From: Epiperipatus broadwayi
Lineage: Eukaryota > Animalia > Onychophora
Assembly (NCBI GenBank): GCA_028023455.1
Contig: JAQFVV010000003.1
Coordinates: 25,172,001-25,236,000, forward strand
DNA: 64,000 nucleotides
Reading direction: 5' to 3'
Under the pieces are notes generated by a model. It did no database searches and was not told the origin of the DNA. It saw only the letters and a list, made by a program, of their open reading frames with translations. This document shows positions 22,601 to 36,300 of this stretch, piece by piece; within the stretch, counting starts at the first letter, position 1, and each line of letters opens with the position of its first letter. Both the position numbers and the translations under genes were made by a program.

Positions 22601-23370
22601 TATTTCAGGTGTACTAGAAATTTGAGTTAGACTTTTTTTGTCTTCAAAAATGGAGAGTGGGGGAGCAAATCTTTTATCATTATTCACAATATTGCTTGTC
22701 TATCTTAGAAAATTTAATTTGTTTAGAAATTAATGGTATATTATTTTCAGAAATTTTAAAATCACTACTATTTATCAAAATAATAGTTTTCAATTTTTGA
22801 TTTTCATTAGCCAGATTATCAATCTTTTTAGCTAAATTAGCTATATTTGTCAATAAACCAGTAATCTGAATCTGCAATATTCTGCAACAAAAACTATAAA
22901 CATGACCCATTTTCATGCCCTGAGGGAGTTCCATCACTTAAAATTGTTTCATAACAAGAAATATTTTTTCCTTGAACAAAATTTTGACAATCAACACAAA
23001 TAAAATTATTGTAATCTTGATCAACTAATAAATTTAAATCTATAGCTTCTAGTTCTATACTCTTTAAATGAAAATATCTATTACACTTTTTCCATAAACA
23101 ATTTTAAACTCATCAGCATTAATTTCAGTTAAACATTTTCCACAAAGAGTCATTTCTATATCTGAATTTATAGCAGCCAGATTGGTTGTTTATATATTCA
23201 CATATTTTTAAATGAGTTGGACATACAACATTATCCTGGCCATTACTTCTAAGAATATACATATTCCAGATATTAAACAATCAATATGAAATTTAAAACA
23301 ATTCATTGAGCAATTAACACTTTTTGGCTACCATAAATTGAATCATTATATAAAGGGCAAGATTTCCTAA
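19662..23370 (-). mobile_element. Decayed CR1/L2-group LINE (ORF1 with PHD-like fingers; ORF2 APE plus RT with internal deletion)
   Basis: Minus-strand motifs: APE 'EEYDLIALTETWL' (about 21830-21795) and 'GGSVFLAVKN' (about 21710-21680); '...IEKLESYINCNSNYFWSFIKK' (ORF 21267-21569); RT 'AGVPQGSILGLLF' (about 20620-20582) and a degenerate FADD box (about 20525-20500); post-RT 'LFHTFGFYLF...SVVGS'; (AAT)n tail. ORF1 pieces at 22388-22937 and Cys/His motifs at 23060-23360. Confidence 0.85.
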
Positions 23371-23475
23371 AAAATCCATATGTTTAAAATTAGAGCAATC
23401 CAAATAGAATAAATTAAATTCAGTGATATATTATCTCCTTACAAATAGAGATACTTTGGTATTAAACCTGCAACA

Positions 23476-23745
23476 TTGGGGAGATAGGAGACTTCTCACA
23501 TCCACAACAACTCTTGGAATGATGATTGACACTCACAATTGAAAGAAAACAAATGTGTGAGAATGTGTTTTTCCTTACATGTGATAATGCGATGATGGAA
23601 CGAACTGTAATGTTGGGGAGATGGGAGACTTCTCACATCCACAATGATTATTGGAACAATGATTGGCACTCACAATTGAAAGACAGTAATCCATAACAAA
23701 AGTATTAAAAGATGATATCGCAATGATGGAATGACCAATGGTACT
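23476..23745 (+). repeat. Two about 137-bp subterminal tandem repeats in the Merlin 5' region
   Basis: ttggggagat(a/g)ggagacttctcacatccacaa...cactcacaattgaaag at 23476 and 23613. Confidence 0.85.
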
Positions 23746-23911
23746 CACAATTGTATAATCCGAGAGAGAGGTGTCAAAACATGTCTTTCCTTATCAGTGC
23801 AATCTTTTGGGTTAACACCACATTAGATTGTTCTGTGTTTTCTGAGAGGTTTTTATTGAGATTTCTGTGTGTGTTTTTGATCTTTATTGAGATTTCTGTG
23901 AGATTTTTACA

Positions 23912-24787
23912 ATGATTAATATATGGAAATTACCTACTACTGAGATTGAAGCAGTCAAATATTTCCAAGAGTGAGGCATACTGCTGTTAGTGAAAGTCTG
24001 TCCAAATGAACATAATATGGCCTTGTATGTTCATACATCAGATAAGCAATGGCATTGCAATGTCCAAGGATGTGACAAAAAAATTGGTATACAGAAGCAG
24101 ATGTGGCTGGAAGGCTCTCAAATTCCTATTCTAACTGCAATACAGTTGATTTATAGCTGGTCATGGAAACTAACATCAATCGAATGGGGAGAACATGAGC
24201 GCAGTTTGGCAAGTAAAACAGTCATTCATTGAAACAATTATATGAGAGAAATTTGCACAATGGTTATGTTAAATTGCGTACACCGCAAAATTGGAGGACC
24301 TAACAAAATAGTGGAAATAGATGAAAGCTTATTTTCTAGAAGGAAAAATCATGCAAGCTGAATACTCCCAAAACAATGGATGTTTGGTGGATTATGTCGG
24401 GAAATAGATGAATGATTCATTATCCAAATCAAAGATCGGACAGTGAAAACTCTAATGGAAGACATTTGAAGCAATGTTGAAGAGGGTTCAACAATATATT
24501 CCGATTGTTGGAAGGCTTATAAAACAGAAGAATTATGTGAACCCAGTTATGATCACTTCCAAGTAAATCACACCACTAATTTTATAAATCTGAATGCTGG
24601 AGTGCACACCCAAAGTATTGAGAGACTGTGGGTTTCTGCCAAATGGAGAAACAAGCATCAACGAGGCACAGTGAGATAACACCTCAACTCGTATCTAGCG
24701 GAGTTTATGTGGCAGAGAATTCACACAAAAATGAGGACATTTCTTGGCAATATTAAATGATATAAGGGAATATTTCCCCCAGGATAA
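23912..24787 (+). pseudogene. Merlin/ISXO2-like (IS1595-type DDE) transposase, several stops and a frameshift
   Basis: MINIWKLPTTEIEAVKYFQE*GIL...CPNEH...WHC; VEIDESLFSRRKNHAS*ILPKQWMFGGLCRE; TIYSDCWKAY; VNHTTNF...GVHTQSIERLW; HLNSYLAEFMWQR. These are hallmark Merlin motifs. Confidence 0.92.
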
Positions 24788-25244
24788 TTTTTAGTAGACT
24801 ATGTATGTCATTTATCCAAAAAAATAGTAATAAATTTTTATGTGAAATATTAAAATCACGGCATTCTTTCCAATCATATGCCAAAAATGTTAGCAGGTGT
24901 CCATTTTGGGCCTATGTAGAAGACATTCAAATAACCGAATTTCCCTGTTCAATATTTCACAGTATCACAAAAATGTACTTAATCCATTTATATAAAAAGT
25001 AGTTAAAAATTAAAATCATTTGAGGTTGTTTTGTAGGTTTTTCAATTACAAATTAATGGCATTGCATTTGTTTTTTTGGAAATCAAAATGTATTGTTTTT
25101 AAAAATTTCAGTATGACTTTGAAATTTCCACAATATTTAGATATTTCATGTACATTTAGTACACTATTTGTCTGAACTTGGTAAATTTACTTAAAAATTA
25201 AGGTTATTTTATGGTTTCTCCTACATTTTTTAATTAGAAATTTT

Positions 25245-25935
25245 TACCAATAATGGCATGAGTTTTTTTTTTTTTTTTGATTTTTAGATTTACTCGTATT
25301 GTTTTTTTGTTTTTTTTACATTTTGTACAATATATACTACATATTTTGTTAAAAATCTTGCGATATTTCTTTGAATTCCATTGCAATTTCACTACAATAT
25401 TACCTTGATTTCTCAATAATCATGTACTGAATATATTCCACATTTTTGGTTAAAAATATTGCACTATTAAAACCATTATCAATGGTGTCGTCTTTGCTAT
25501 TTCTTTTTTTTTTTTGGAAATGCATCATTTTAAAAATTTTTAGATTTACTCGTATTTTTTTTTTTTTTTCAATTTTGTACAATATTTGTTTGAATTTTAC
25601 TACAATATTACCTTGATTTCTCAATAATCATCTATTGAATATTTACTACATTTTTTGTTAAAAACCTGCCAAAATATTGAAATATCTAAAACCATCAATG
25701 GCATTGCATTTGCTGTTTTTTTTTTTTTTGGAAATGCGTCATTTTTAAACGTTTTTAGATTTACTGCATCATTTTTAAAAGTTTTCAGATTTACTCGTAT
25801 TTTTTTTTTTTAAATTTTGTACAATATTTGTTTGAATTTCACTACAATATTATCTTGATTTCTCAATAATCATCTACTGAATATATACTACACTTTTTGT
25901 TAAAAATCTTGCAATATTTCTTTGAATTCCATTGT
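25245..25935. repeat. Irregular about 200-240 bp T-rich tandem repeats inside the Merlin 3' region
   Basis: Recurrent blocks tttttagatttactcgtatt, ttttgtacaata and ctacaatatta(c/t)cttgatttctcaataatcat (about 25391, 25599, 25842). Confidence 0.85.
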
Positions 25936-26328
25936 ATTATGTGTTACTATTTTTTTAGAATGTACTCATTTTTAGAGCTGTGACACAGAGCATGTATTAG
26001 ACCTGCTGGGCCTGTTGACATTCGTATCAACCACCTCCTGATAACTTTGGAGATGTTGCCAAAAGAGCCATGTACACATTCATTTTTGTTTTTCGAGAAA
26101 GAGTCATGTACCTGTCATTTTGGTGACATCACAAAGCCATTGGAGGATTGATATAAATGTCAACAGGTCCAGTGGGTCTAATACACGCTCTGTGTCTCAG
26201 CTCTAATACCAAAGTATCCAAATAAAGTTTTAAAAAATTACTTCATGTTTTCTTCCAATAAAGTAACAAATTTTGGTTATAAAAAGCTTGTTATATAATC
26301 CATGACTTTCAAAAACCCCTGGTGGTGA

Positions 26329-26329
26329 A

Positions 26330-26424
<95 letters not shown>

Positions 26425-26448
26425 TAACAACAACAATAACAATAACAA
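26329..26448. repeat. (AAT)n microsatellite grading into (AAC/AAT)
   Basis: About 30 perfect AAT units. It explains the poly-Leu ORF 26230-26502. Confidence 0.98.
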
Positions 26449-27048
26449 GCAACCATAAATTAAGTAATCAAAAACTGAATTCAATCCAAGTATTTTAAGC
26501 ATGGAAGTTCATCAGCCTATCATTGCACTAAAGTGCATGGGCAAAAACATTCTCTTACATTATTCTCTTAAACTTCTCTGTTGATAAAAGTAATATAAAT
26601 AAATGCAGGTAAGATTATATATTATAAAAGTAAAGGTAAATCATAGTGAGAATCTGAGAGTATATGCCATCGTCAATAGTAAAGATTGCAATATACTACA
26701 AATGTGAGATTTTGTTTTCAGCTCAGCACATTAACACTCATCTGACTAGTAAGATTATCATTGAACCTTTTATTCTTTAACTTAAATCAGCCACATTAAT
26801 AATACCAAGTTTTCTTGGGGAAATCTTTAGTATTAAAAAATCTAAATATGATCTAACTATAAATCCTAGATGATGCATATGATAAATGAAAATACCATTC
26901 ACTTTTCAATGAAGCCCTCAATTATTTAATTAATAATCCCAGTATAGTTCACTTTCTATAAATAAAATTATCATATACATTTCAGAAATAATTTTTTGCA
27001 GCTTATGCATTCTGTATATACTGTACGTATGTGTGTATATATATATAT

Positions 27049-28716
27049 TGTGATAATCGCACATACTGCGATCACACATATAGATACTTAACATTTAAAG
27101 AATATTAAATATTGTGTTTGGAATATTAAAAAGTGAGATTAAAAAATTATAAACAAAGAAATGTTTTAATTAAGAAAAGAGAGGGAATTAGAATCGAAAA
27201 GATTCTTATCTTTTACCCTCCAAAGTTCAGATTTTAGAAAGAATAGAAATATTAAGGTTAGAAATATCGATATCATGTGTTTAGTGTAAGATTAAAAAAA
27301 ATGAGAAAGGAAATATAAATAAAATAGAAACTTAATGATGTAAAAAAAAGCGGTAGTTGGGGAGTTTAATAAAATATAAGTAAAATTTAGAATACAACGG
27401 AAGATAAAGATCTATTCTTAAAATTACACATTTTGTCGAAAATGAAATGCATATGTGAATGTATGAATAAAGAGAGCAAGGTTTATTGCATGTCAAAATG
27501 AAATAATTTTATTAAAGAAAGTGATTGATAAATAAATGTAAAATATTATATTATAAAATTATATCAAATTAAAAGTAATTTTGTATAAGTTGTTGAAAGC
27601 ATTGTAAAGTAAAAAGGTGTGTAAGAAAAACCAAGCAGGAGATCAAGATAAGGAAAGAATTTGAAAATAAAGGATATTAATTAATTAATTAAAAAACAGG
27701 AGTAGAGTTGAGGACTTCTTGTCAAGACATTGGTGGACATACTGCTCCAATAATAAGCAGCCACAGTTAACAAGATATGATTTCTAACATCGGTGCCTCA
27801 TCAAGAATGGCTGGCTAAGGGCCGTCGTGATCGCTTGCCGATCCAGACTCACTGTGCTAATGGTTCCCATCTAGATGTAACAACTGCCAACACAGCACCT
27901 GCCGGAGAGTTTGTTGTGCCTGGTCCTTGATGCTCCTAAATGCGGAGGAGTTCCCACAACCAAAATCTAACTTAAGAGCGACCGTTCTCTGCTAAAGAAG
28001 TGGAGAAATTCCACGTGGCGGTCAGCAAGACTTCAAATTAATTCAGAGACTTAAAACCTAGGTAAATATGTATACTACATTTTGTATTTCCATGTGCACA
28101 TACCTTTATTGAGACAATGGCCAAATTCTTACTTTGAATGATAAAGACATTCTTTAACTTTTTTATATATATCCGGAATGAAGATTTATAAATGTACAAT
28201 CATTTATATGATTTTTTTATTTTGTTTACTCATAGCATTATTGCATATAATCTGTTTTTTTATTGTGTGTAAATGATTTAAAGAATTTCTTTTTTTGTTA
28301 ATTTATTCTATTAAATATATTTATTATTGATTTAAATCTGTTTCATCTCATTCTTCACCACTCCAAAGAGTAATATATTCGTAGGGTTTGGGAAATAATT
28401 ATTGCTCATTTTGAGTACTGAATTAACATGTGAAACTAGTGGTGCAGTATTTTGATCCCATTAAAATTTATAAATATCCAAGCGCTGTAATTCTGTTAAA
28501 TCTTACAGCAGTCGAGAGACGGTTGACCGGAAAAAATAACCTGGGACTAGACCCCTATAGTTACAGGTTCGGTCAAGTACGGATATAGACTCGTTTATGT
28601 CCATATGTTCTCTCTGCTTGTGGTAGCGGAAAGTGGTCGATCTTGAATTTTAAGAATTCCCCATTATATATAAATAAAAGGGAAGTTAAGCCTTCGATCG
28701 GCGGGTTTCCGTTACA
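27049..28716 (+). mobile_element. Probable solo LTR (about 1.67 kb) inserted in a (TA)n tract
   Basis: Begins TGTGATAA, ends CCGTTACA (TG...CA), ATAT on both sides, AATAAA at 28673-78 about 40 bp before the end. Retains many CpGs and is more GC-rich than the flanks. No gag/pol seen. Confidence 0.55.
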
Positions 28717-28870
28717 ATATATATATATGCAATTTTACATATTTTAATATTATAAGTTCCAATTTTTTTAACCAAATGCTACAAAACAACAAATCATTCA
28801 TTAAAAGTTTTCTTTTTAAAAATAAGTTATATTAAACCACTAAACATAATATGATCACTATTCTTTATGC

Positions 28871-29487
28871 TTACACAAACTGTTAACACAGAGGAAAAAC
28901 TCTCCATATAGTAGTGCTGCTCAGTGCAAGGCAGAGTTATAAATGGATACAGGAAGGTTTGTGCATAAAGTGCCTGCATTAATTGATTACCCCACTTTCA
29001 CTGGGTCACACTACTGTATGAAGAATTTTACCTCTGTGTTAACAGCTTGTATAAACATGAAGAATGGTGATCATGTGATGTTTAGTGGTTTAATACCAAT
29101 CCTGCCCAACAGAATTATGGTGACTGTGGTTATTAAAGAACCAAAAATCTCAAAATATACAGATGCTGAAATTAGTTCAGATCTATATGACTATCCATAC
29201 AAGGAAATAAGTTTGAATTGAAAACATTATTGTCTTTTTATTTTGGACTCAAAGCTTTATAGGTAACCAAAAAGTAAAAGGTGGCTTATGGAGAGTTGCA
29301 TTAGATCCTGATCTAGATGCAGTGCTCTCAGATCCAAAGCTTCTCATTGATAAGAAACTAGTGTAGAGATAGTGGATGAGTAGATCTTAAATAGGGATTT
29401 TATGCATGAACTTTCCTGCATCCATTGATTTCTCTGGCTTGCTCTGAGTGGCATTACTATATGGAGAGTTTTACTTCTGTGTTAATA
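28871..29487. mobile_element. Family C element, locus C3: short minus arm plus about 1.1 unit on plus; HHR stem II deleted
   Basis: Left arm 28871-28975 (aaaactctccatatagtag...gtgcataaa). Plus array period about 445. HHR remnant at 29342-29369: tctca TTGATAA GAAA ctagtg tagaga. ORF 28943-29221 is incidental. Confidence 0.85.
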
Positions 29488-32400
29488 AGTTATATATTTA
29501 CTTTCTACATAATATTAGACTTAATAAATACACTTTAAAAACACCCAAGTTTACTCAGCTAGATGTGCACTAGATCATATGAAAAGGCATAATGTATTAC
29601 TATTGTAACAATAGTCATGGCAGTGCTTGCTTATTATAATTATAATCATATTGATGTTTTGCCTGGATCTAATTATAGAATTGTGAAAGTATTTTATAAT
29701 ATTAAAAAAATAGATATCAAACTTAATTTGTTTTAAATACACAATAGATTAACAAATAATTAATTTAGTTAATGATGAAAAATATCATTTAGTATATAAT
29801 TAGCAAATATTATTTTAATAGGACTACTAATATGACCTCTTTAATAACAATAAATAATCTAGATTAACTCTTTTGCATTGAAGGTTTTTTGATAAACACT
29901 AATGGCTATTTGAGTTATATTTCCAACATTTTATTTTAGGATTAAACTTTTATTCTATATTGAACACCAATAAATTTGACTTTATTAAATAGAAATATAA
30001 GTTTACAAATAAAAAACATTCTTGAAAATAATATTTTAACTTTGAAAATATATATATAAAAAGAAAAAAACAGAAATATGGAATCAAAACAATAGCCTCT
30101 GCTTATTGAAGATGATACCACATTGCTGTTAAAAAAAAGACTAAATAAAATATTTGTTGTCTGAACTCCAATTTTAAAATCTGAGAAAATTATTAAGTTG
30201 TCATAAAGTAATAAAATTTTGTTCTAAAATTTATTAATAAAAAAAATTATTAAACCTTTTTTGCTATGGTATTTGTGAAGATAGAGTCAATTGTAATTTT
30301 TTTTTTTTACTATAAGTTTTTTTTGTTTAGTTGACTCTTAAAAATAAATATTTTTGAATAAAATCTAAGTGTAATCACAAATATTTTTATTTTAAATAAA
30401 TACTATACAAATATTTTGTAAAAATAATCATAAATATTTTAATAAACTATAAAAAATACATTTTTTCTTTTCAAAGAGAAACAACGAATGATCATTTTCA
30501 AAAGTTTTTGCAAATGCTCTTAAAGCTAAAAACAAACAACCTACCAATATTTTTTTTTAAAAAAGCAATAAATCAATAATATTTCAGTTTCAATTTCTGC
30601 TATCAAATAATGCAAAACTGGAACTCTAATATTAAAATAACCACAAGGGAAGAAAAGCTAGAAGCAACTATAGTACCAACAATACTACATAAAAAACTGA
30701 TGATCTAGTAAAGTGAGTTAATAACTAATAATCTGTATATACATTTTAAGGTGTTAATTAAAAAATAAAGTGAATTATTATGAATTCTCTTTTACTCTCA
30801 TATATATTATTCTTAGTTTTGCTTTTGATATTTTCCTCTTTAAATCAAATTTATAGATTATTAATTTATAGATTATTATTATTATTATTATTATTAATAA
30901 TATTAAATATTAATAATTATGATTTTCTATTTCTTATATTAATATAACTATAATTTAAATTTGCATACTTTTATTCACCTGCACAGTGTTCTTCCTTCTT
31001 TATAATCTAAAGCTGAGTGCACTTTTGATGAAGTTTATCATAAATAAATAATATTACTTATAAAACCATATAAATATGTAATAGTTTAGTTAATTCTGAC
31101 AAATGCTTATTCTTTCTTTAAATTGATAATTTGTGCATTTACTACATTTTACTACAAAATTATCCAATTTATAAATAACTATTCATACAAATTCTTTAGA
31201 AACAAAAAATATAATATTAGTAAGTAATTATTATCCATAAAAATGATATTTAGTATTTCTTTGGGATTTCTTTTAGAGTTCAGTATTATGTAATAATAAC
31301 TTTTAATAGCACAAAAATATATTTTAATTTTTTATTTCAAAATTTTTTAAAATAAACCTGTTTGAAAGTTTTTCCTTTGTTGCTATCTGTAAAAAAAACT
31401 ATCTTCTTGAATAGTGAAGCCAATCACATGAATGTTTAAGAAAAAAATACTGTAGGAGTGGTTTGTAAAACAATTAATTTATTAAAAAGCTTGTATATAA
31501 AAACATTGTTTTCTTCTTGTAATATAGTAAATAACTAGATATTTATAAAGCAACTTGTGTTTACGTATACAAATTCAATTGTTATCTGTCCCATGCCCAC
31601 AAATAAGAAAAATATTCATTACTATTAAGTAATTCAATGTTAAGAAATATAAATTATAGATTAGGAATCATAGTGTTTGTATGTTGGAAAATTTATTATA
31701 TATGCATATTAATCTTTATCCATTCTTGTGTACTTTTTTGTATATAAAATCTTTTATATCCTCATTTTGCCAAGCAGTTACCCTATCATACACCCTTCAA
31801 AAAGAATAGGATAAAAAGTTTTTAAGTGTCCCACTAAAGGGCAAAGCTCTCTCCACTTTCCACTGTAAAAAAATAGTGAAAAAGAAATTATTTAACAACC
31901 TTTCTTGTTGCTATAGTTAGATATCCATTTGCTGATCAATATTTGTCTCATTAGATGTGTTGATTACGAGTCATTTCTCCTAAATCTAATTAGAACCCTG
32001 ATTCAAATTCTAGATTGTAGGCATGACAAGTGTCCAATTATATATATATATATTACAAAATATATATTTTTGTACAGATAATAAAAAAATAACTAAACCA
32101 CTATAAAGTAAAATAAAATAAGAATTAAAAAAAAAAACAACAACTTATAGTCCAGTCTCAGTAGAGACTTCTCCCAAATATCCTTAAAAGCAAACAATAA
32201 TAGACATTTAAGAAGATTATGAAGATCATTGTAATAAATATTATTCTTTTAAGGAAGGAAAAAGAGAGAGTTATAATTTTTTCTTTTGATGTTAATTTCT
32301 TCGTGTTTTTTTATTTTATAATGAATAATATATCACTTATCAGAGATGTCTTATCTATAAAGATTAGATCTAGCATTTGTAGATGATCATTTTATATTTG

Positions 32401-35400
32401 TTTTGCAGTTTAGTAAAAGAGGCTAATGTATTATTATTATTAACAGCACTCAGAATGGTGATTCTTCCTATGAGTTCTGTATAATAATGCTGTATCAATT
32501 AATTATTTTGAATTCGAAAATAGATTGCTATTTTACAATTGTTTTAAATTAATTAAAAATAATCTCTGCTTTGTGAAGCCCTGCTTACTTCTGTGCCTGA
32601 TTTCAAACTCAGCCTAAATAAAATCACTTATCAAGCTTATTCTCTCTATAAAATCAGAATTATCATACATAAATGATCATTTCATGTTACCATGACAATT
32701 TATGTTAAAGAAGCTAGTATACTGATGTTACTACAGCAGTTGTAGAGGTAGTCATATTAATGCTTATGTATACTTATTATAATCAGTGGAAAAGACCGAA
32801 CATGTTGGGCAAGCAAAAATTGTAACCTAAAAAGAAATGTAAAAGATGGTGAAATATAAACAGCTCAAAATTATAAACTCAAAAACTAGATAGGTTAGTC
32901 CTTAATGTATATGCTGCTATAAGAGAAAAATGCATATCGTGATCAATGCGAACATTAAATCAGGACAGTTCTCTTACTCTCTTTAAACACAGTAACTCTT
33001 AAAATCTTAGCAGCATATTCCACCAAAGGGATAAATTACTTTCAATACTCTTTATGCAGCAAATCTTCTAAAATAAAATTCAATCTTATAATCATAATTA
33101 TCCTTCTAAATGCTCCACTAAAATATAGCAATAACTCCAGTCTTCTATCCAATATAATTCTTTCTTAGAATAATTTTTATCTTAAGCATAGCAATTCTTT
33201 TTTAAAATAATTTTATAAACAAATCTCAGGGTTCATTTAATAATGAGTTCTTCAATAATTAGTAATCTTAGTGTTCTTTTTTATTTCCTAAAACCAACCG
33301 ATAATGCGATCCTAGTAACAAATAATAGCAACAAAATATGACCTTACCTTTAAGATGATATCTTATTAAATCAAATAATTATTAAATTTAGAATTAAAAT
33401 TAAACATAAAACACTCTTATAGTAAAAATAATTATAATACAATAGGATAACATTCGTGATATTATAAGTATAAAAGGGGTTTTCTTGCTATCCAAATATC
33501 ATACCTATAGGTTTCCTTTTCTAATCTTATATTAAAATAAAATAAAGCAATTTTATGATCTTAACTCAAAATAAATAAAGTAAAGTCATTTTATAATTGG
33601 TGAATAAAATGATTTTATCAGTTTTAATTAATTAAGATAAATAAAATAATTCTCCTCTATTGATGTTTTCTTAATATCAGTAATATAATTTTAATAAAGT
33701 CACTTTAATATCATATTTCCTTATAGTCTTGGACTAACAATGCATAAAATAAATTAAGGTATGTCATAATATTAGATTTCTGAGACTGCAAATGATAATG
33801 ATAAAAATGAGAAACCATTTATTGACACTTATAACATTGAAAAAGCAAACATCAAGCTATTGAATAAACTTTATAAATACAAAAATTCCCCAAAAGAAAA
33901 TGAAATATAAAAGAAAAATTATGAGTTACAATTTTAAAATATAGCAAAATTTCCCAGTAAATTTTGAAATTTTAGTACGACTTCCTATATGTTTAGTCAA
34001 GTTCTCACTTTTAATAATTCCACTTGCTATATAATCCCTATGTGAAATGTATTCAATAAAATTACGTAAGATAAAATCTTACAATCTTTTGGCAGTGACG
34101 AATTCTGAAGATGTATACATTTTTATATAGCCACTTGAACAATTATAAAAGTTAATAACAAATATTTTATCAAGTTTTAAAACATCTGGATATGCTGGCT
34201 TGACACATCAACATATCGAAAAACACTCTTATTTATAAAAAGTGCAACTGAAGATATGATTGGCATTACACATCACCTTCAAAAATATCAAAAGCCATGA
34301 TAAAAACATGGTTGCACATTACATATGACTTTAATCCACATCAAGTTATTGAAAAAGCAAAGGAAATATAAAATGATGGCATGAACTTGAATAAGCACCT
34401 ACACATGAGGGCAGCAAAGAGCTAGGATCCTGTCTTTAATCATGAAATATGAGAATGAACCACCAAAAGAGAGGGGATTGCCTAAATGTAGCATTATATG
34501 CTTAGTATCACAAAAATATAATAAAATTCACTGGCATAATACAATAATCTATAAAAGAGAAAAACATTACCATCTCTTAAAAATAATGCCAAATAAGTGA
34601 TGTGTAAAACTGATAAAATAAATAAATATAGCAAAAATATGGCAAACATTTAAAATTGTAGCAAAACAATTTAATAATCGAATATACACCAACTTCACAA
34701 ACTCTATCAAGCATTTATGGGCATTCAAAACAACTCCAAAAAGGGACTATGAATATTCTGAGAGTTTAACATGAAAATACATGTTAAATCTATACATAAA
34801 ATTATACAGAGAGACATAAATGAATATAATGCATATAAGATAAAAATAAATATTAAACTAAATATTTTATACACATTTACCAATAAAATAAAGAGTTCTT
34901 AAATCTTGATGTTCACACCATTAGACTGGATAAAGTCAAATAGAAATTCTTGGATACACTGAAATTTTTATAGAATATCTAGATGACATGGTAAACTTAA
35001 ACAATAATAGCAATTTAAAATATGAGGTAAGTAGAAATTTGAAGTTACTGACACAAACAAAGAGAGCCATTCTAAATAGATTAATGTAGGCTAAATATGT
35101 AGAATGGTAAATACTATAAGCAATGCATAAATTTATAGTAATGTGTGAAATTAATAATTTCTTAAGTGCATACTCATTATGTAAGTAATATATATTATGG
35201 CTATAACCTTAAGACTGTGTGCCTAGATGCGACAGTAGGGACCTCTACAAATCTTAACACAAGATTAACGACTTTACAATACAAGAGTGTCCACTCTTAT
35301 CTTCAATCTACTTTTTAATTATATGGATAAATAAGATTAATATTTCTTTTGATAAGCACAGGTTATAATTTTCTGACAAATATAAATGAAGAGTAAATAT

Positions 35401-36300
35401 TCTAAATGGAGCATGATGAGAAGCTGCTAGATTAATATTTTTGAAGAGCAAATAGAGCATCATAACAAATTAAAATAAACCTTTTGAAGAGCAAACACAT
35501 TTTGATTACTTGGAGCAAACACATTGAGGATAGATTTCATTCTTTTAAATATTGCAAATGCAATAATAATTATTTTTATAAAACTAGCATTCATGAAATA
35601 CACTGACAAATGAAAAGCAGGTTCTTGCAAAAACAAACAACAATAAATAAAATTTCATAATCTTTTTGAAATAAAACATTTCATAAACAATACAGCATAC
35701 TTAATAAATATGACTTTTATTAAAAGTATGCAGATTAAATAAGCATTAGGCCAAATTCCGGTTATATTTTCTTTCAAAGATTATTTTAGCATAACTTTAC
35801 TTAGAAGAAAACAAATATTTTCACTATGACATTCATAAACATAAACTTCATTTATAGTAAAATGCACAAATAATATCTCTTTTATTATTAATATAATTTG
35901 TAGCAAATATTTTATAATATTTTTTTTTAAATATAGCATGTATCAAATTTTATGAATGAAAAACAAATGCATCCTTCCTTTAAAATAATTCTAATGTGAG
36001 CATTCATAAATTATGTAGATGAATCACTTATTAATGATTATCAATAGACATTTATGTGACAGTAATTACAATTTTGAATTTCCTTATCATGTGCAGGATC
36101 TTGCTATTTTGAATAAAAGTTCAAATTCAATAATAATATTAAATTAAAACCAAAAGAGAATCCTTTGGAAAACAATAGCTATGTTCAATATTCAAATAAA
36201 CATTGTTTCTAAAGTTCTTTTAAAAGTAGCAGATAAGTTATTTTTAAAATTACAATTTTCTTCTTCTCCCTCCTTTCTTTATGTATTGATTTCCTACACC

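Larger units (their letters stand above)
23449..26219 (+). mobile_element. Merlin superfamily DNA transposon (about 2.77 kb) with imperfect TIRs
   Basis: Left GATACTTTGGTATTAAACCTGCAACA (from 23450) vs reverse complement of the right end GATACTTTGGTATTAGAGCTGAGACA (ends 26218), 22/26 matches. The right end reads GG on the reverse strand. Possible TSD aaatagag/aaataaag, which overlaps the left terminus. Confidence 0.75.

Noticed and set aside
26230-26502. Poly-Leu ORF resembling a membrane protein
   Set aside because: Translation of the (AAT)n microsatellite.
33740-35300. A-rich stretch possibly a very old I/Jockey-group LINE (Cys motifs near 35215)
   Set aside because: No RT or RNase H motif could be read with confidence.
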